Below are positions 60,120 to 64,000 of a DNA stretch of 64,000 nucleotides, piece by piece. Source of the stretch: Ramazzottius varieornatus (taxonomy: Eukaryota; Animalia; Tardigrada); the NCBI GenBank assembly GCA_001949185.1, contig BDGG01000017.1, positions 496,001 through 560,000 of the forward strand, written 5' to 3'. Made by a program: the position numbers and the translations under genes. The notes beneath the pieces were generated by a model. It did no database searches. It was not told the origin of the DNA and saw only the letters and a program-made list of their open reading frames with translations. Within the stretch, counting starts at the first letter, position 1. Every line of letters begins with the position of its first letter.

Positions 60120-63100
60120 ATGGAAAGGATCGGCGTTTACCTGTACAAACCAAATATCCGCCTTTCGTTCTTCATACCCTTTCTCATAGGTAAAGATATC
60201 TTATTAGGGCATGTAACTGATTGCATACGTAAACTGATCACTACTGGAACATGTGCTGTTCGCGTACAATGGAGGACACTGGCAACTCCAACAAGCGACT
60301 GGTGAGTTCTCTTAGGCTTGACTTTAGGCTCTGCAATTTCCTGTCCTGTGGGACCCTGTGGGAATGAGTGGAATCCCGCTACTTGTTTCGATTGATGATC
60401 ATGGACGCCGATGCATATGTCCTTGATTCGAAGGCACCTTCAGCGCAGTGTCAGTGTCGATGGTAGCGGTTACTTTCTTAGCGTATCCATGCAGAGACGC
60501 TTGTATGCCCGTATTATCTATTGTTGTTGTTGTTGCAGGTTTGCTACATGATATCATTCCTGTCCTTTCGGCTATCCAGAAATGCTACCATTGCACGGAC
60601 TTGGTCGACGGCCAGACCGGCCATGTCAGCGGAAAATGCAGCCGAGAATGGGTGGAACAGCCTGGTGATACTGTCACTTGTATGGAGATGGGCGACGTCC
60701 CTTCCAGCGACATTAATCTCTTGCAAGAGGCCAGCACTGCCCCCATGGGCTGCCTGACCTCCTACAAAGTGTACCACGACAAGTCGCGCAGCGCCATGGC
60801 CTCCGTACAACGTGACTGCGACGTGCGGCCAGCGACGATTAGGGAGGGATGCTGGAGAGAAAGCAGCCCTGACTATACCGAAGTCATCTGTCGCTGCTCC
60901 AAGGGGGATTACTGCAACAACATGAGCTGGCCCACCACGGAGATTGGCCACTTACCCTTCGCTGAACCAGAGTCCAACAAGGATGTCATGGACACGTACT
61001 TGGCCGGCAAAGGTCGTTACTGTTTATTCGGGGCGGGAACGGTGGATGTGCGAACGGGTGAGGAGGACGGTGATGGCTTCTTGCCGGATATGGAGAAGCT
61101 GAAAGGCCTGTGTGCCAATCAGCCCATTATCAAAAACACCATCGCTAACTATCCGGCCAAGAGTCGCTTCGTCTACTGCACGACGCTCTATGAGATGGAG
61201 GGCAGTCGGCTGAGTATCAGGAGGGCTTGCGAGACGCAGATGGTGCCGGCCAAGGATCACTGTGTGGTCAAGAGCCGTACACTGAAGACCTGCTATTGCA
61301 ACAGCGACCTTTGTAATAACAAAGTGTGGGATGAAGAGTCGGGCATGACAGCGCTGCCGCTGACAGCTGCTCTGCCGGCGGCTGGACGGCACTTCACTTT
61401 GGAGAAGGCTACGGACATGGACAAGAAAGCCAAACCGACATCGGCCACAGCCATCTTTGCACCAAGGCTCAAGATCGGTAGCACTTTCAATAGTCGCAAC
61501 GGTGAGAAACATGATCAATGTCTATCTCGGCAGTTTAAGATGGACTAGAAATTAAAATGAGTTCTTACATGTGATCATGGATGTCGCTTGCCATACGAAG
61601 TTCGTGCCATGATCCTAGGAGAAGTGCACCCCCACCCCAAAGACAGTTGGACTCCATCTTCACCAACCCTTCCTCCACAGAAACGCTGGAGAACTGCTGG
61701 AGCAATGATAGTGAGATTGCCGGCGCTCTGGCCGAATATCCGACGACGCCGCTGGAGTGCGTCACCACCTTCACCCACTTTGTCGACCCGCACAAGGCCG
61801 CCGAAGCCAAAGTTGAACGGCGATGTGCCGTCCGATCGCCCTTTTCCAAGGACGGCTGTACTCAGCCGGAGAAACGTACAGTTAATCTGCAGGAAGAGCT
61901 GTCCGTCACTTGTCGCTGCTCGGCCTCTGATGGATGCAACACCGACAAGTGGACATCGTACAACATGGGCCGCACTAACCCCTTCAAGCTCACATCGGGT
62001 ACTTGGTCCGTCTCTGTTGCAGATGCTTCCAAAAACAGCTTTGAAGACAGGCAAGTGAAAGTTACATTCAATAAAATCAGCAGTATTTGTCAGACAAAAG
62101 TATTCGAGAGCTCGCAAACAGGGTAGATAAGATTGCTGTCCGAAGTGGCGCACACTTCCGGTGTTATTGGCTCAAGGCGTGCCAGAGCGCCAGTTTGAGA
62201 AGTGAGGACGATTGTTTCTTCATGTGGCGCTCGGTATCAGCCGACTGCACTGGAGATATGCGCCACTTAAGAAAATGAGTCGAGGTTGGTTGCCCAGGTC
62301 CCAGTTTGAAGGATTAATGAAGTTTGTGTTTTGATGAGCAGTAGCTGTGTTGAGACAATAAATCTTCTGCGAACGATGTGTCTTGACTGTCTGAAGTGTT
62401 GTCGTAGGTGGCGGGTGTGCCACGTCTGTTCGGCATCCCGTCGCACATCCTCATCGGCGCCATACTGCTTCAGCGCTCGCTCGCTGTCTCTCTCCACCCA
62501 ACAAAGCTGCATGGAACTCTCCCACATCACTGGCATCGTCATGAATCTACCAGCCGAAGCCTACTTCATCCACTGCTTTACCAAGTTCCAACAGAACGGG
62601 TCGACGCAAAGCATGGAACGCGGATGCCAAGTACGCTTGGCGCCTGTGCAGGACAGATGTGACAGCAAAGGTTATTATTGCTCCTGCAACTTCAATGGCT
62701 GTAACAGCCAGGAATGGAATGGTGGTGGCTGGCAAGCGGCTGGACAGAGCAGCCAGATGCCGGTGGGTGCAGCTGCCAGTCCCATACCTCCTGTGGCTCC
62801 TCGCAACAACGTCAGCAATGCACCACCAGTACCCGCCGGCCACACGGGTAAAGTAGGCAAACCCTCCTCATTCACTCATTCTTCATGTTGGAAATCAAAT
62901 GTAGACATGGAATTTTATGAAGGAGGATTTCTTTGGCTTTTTCAGGTGGATGGAATGTGTCGGGGCTGGTTCGACATTGTTATTGGTGTAAGGGAACGGT
63001 GGAACGAAGGAGCGGTGTCCTTACGGGTTGTTTTGGAGAAGGGACGGCACTGAGGGAAGGCATTGTCGAGTGCAGCGAGAAGGATCCCAACATGCGAACA

Positions 63101-64000
63101 GATCTATTCTTGAACAGAGACCACGAGCTGGAATGCCTGACGGTCTTCCGTTACAGTACCAACCCGCATTCGACCCATGAAGCCATCATGGAACGCAAGT
63201 GCGCACTGCGGCGATCGATGGCCAGCCCAGTCCAGCGATGCAGCCAAGCTGAGAGCAAGGATGACGCCACGGGTGGGTACGCTGAAGTGGTGTGTCGCTG
63301 CAGCAACGACAACTACTGTAACGACGACACCTGGCCGACGACCCAGATGGGTCACCCGCCCTTTACTGTCGCCGCTGCTGTCATACCGCCGCTTGGGTCG
63401 GACTTGTGGGGTAGAGGTCGCAGTTGTCACCAGTGCGAGGGTACAGTGAATGTCAAGACTGGCAAGGTCCATGGCTGCTTCTTCCAAGATGGACTGAGTA
63501 ATGCCACGGCAGTCAGGTGCGCACATGCCGCAGAGTACGTGCAGGCTATCCTGAGGAACTTGCCGGCCCAGCAGCACTTTATTCACTGTGTAGCCCAGTT
63601 TGATGAAGGCAACAGCACGGACAGGCTGGTGGTTAGGCGCTACTGCGACGTACGGCTGTCACCTGTGCCGGACGGTTGTACGGCTGAGGGGAAGGTCAGG
63701 ACGTGTCGCTGTAACAGCCAGCACTGTAACAACGACCTGTGGAGTAACCAAACTGGCTTGATGGCCTCACCAGCTAGCACGGTGGTGCAAACTGTGGGGC
63801 CGCTGGATGTGATGCAGCCCGTCAAACCGACGGATATCAGTAGGCCGACACCGCTGAAGCCGGAGAAGTTGGCATCCTACCAGTGTGTCAGTCCACCGCA
63901 TGAGAAGGACATCATTAACGGGCACTGTTTCAAACCGCAGCACTCGCCGCTGGTTAATTGTTCTGATGACCCAAGGTTCCTCAGCCTCTTCAAAGACTTC
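60120..64000 (+). CDS. Large secreted protein with at least 7 tandem Ly6/uPAR (three-finger) domains; 3' incomplete; in-frame TGA at 61572-61574
   Basis: Signal-like exon 60120-60189, then repeated CYxC...RxC...CxCxxxxCN units in 60539-61500, 61549-62122, 62407-62847 and an open frame from 62947 to 64000 that is absent from the ORF track. Confidence 0.8.
62120..62295. repeat. Intronic palindromic element family A
   Basis: Arms at 62222/62259 (N27) and a unit at 62143. Confidence 0.75.

Noticed and set aside
1-64000. tRNA, rRNA or snRNA genes
   Set aside because: None recognised by eye. A covariance-model scan would be needed to exclude them.

Overview
Eukaryotic, gene-dense invertebrate DNA with mostly short GT-AG introns. 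Gene style suggests a tardigrade such as Ramazzottius, but that is inference only. Spliced genes: two phospholipase C delta-like paralogs, a thyroid hormone receptor (NR1A) ortholog with a degenerate coactivator surface, methylmalonyl-CoA mutase, PSMD2/Rpn1, two head-to-head SLC16 transporters, one intact and one pseudogenised orphan class A GPCR, a GPI-type Ly6 gene, a large multi-Ly6/uPAR-domain gene running off the window end, and three orphan genes. The 6-27 kb region is transposon-rich: a decayed CRE-like RLE retrotransposon, a decayed CR1/L2-like LINE, non-autonomous hAT elements with 8-bp TSDs, and several MITEs. The most unusual signal is two independent families of fixed-spacing palindromes, AAGTGGCGCA-N27-TGCGCCACTT and ACCTGCATAC-N29/30-GTATGCAGGT. 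Their arms and spacer length are conserved, their spacer sequence is not, and paired copies were seen only in introns of most genes here. Also notable is an in-frame TGA at a cysteine position of the multi-Ly6 gene. All gene models were built by eye from splice signals and homology.
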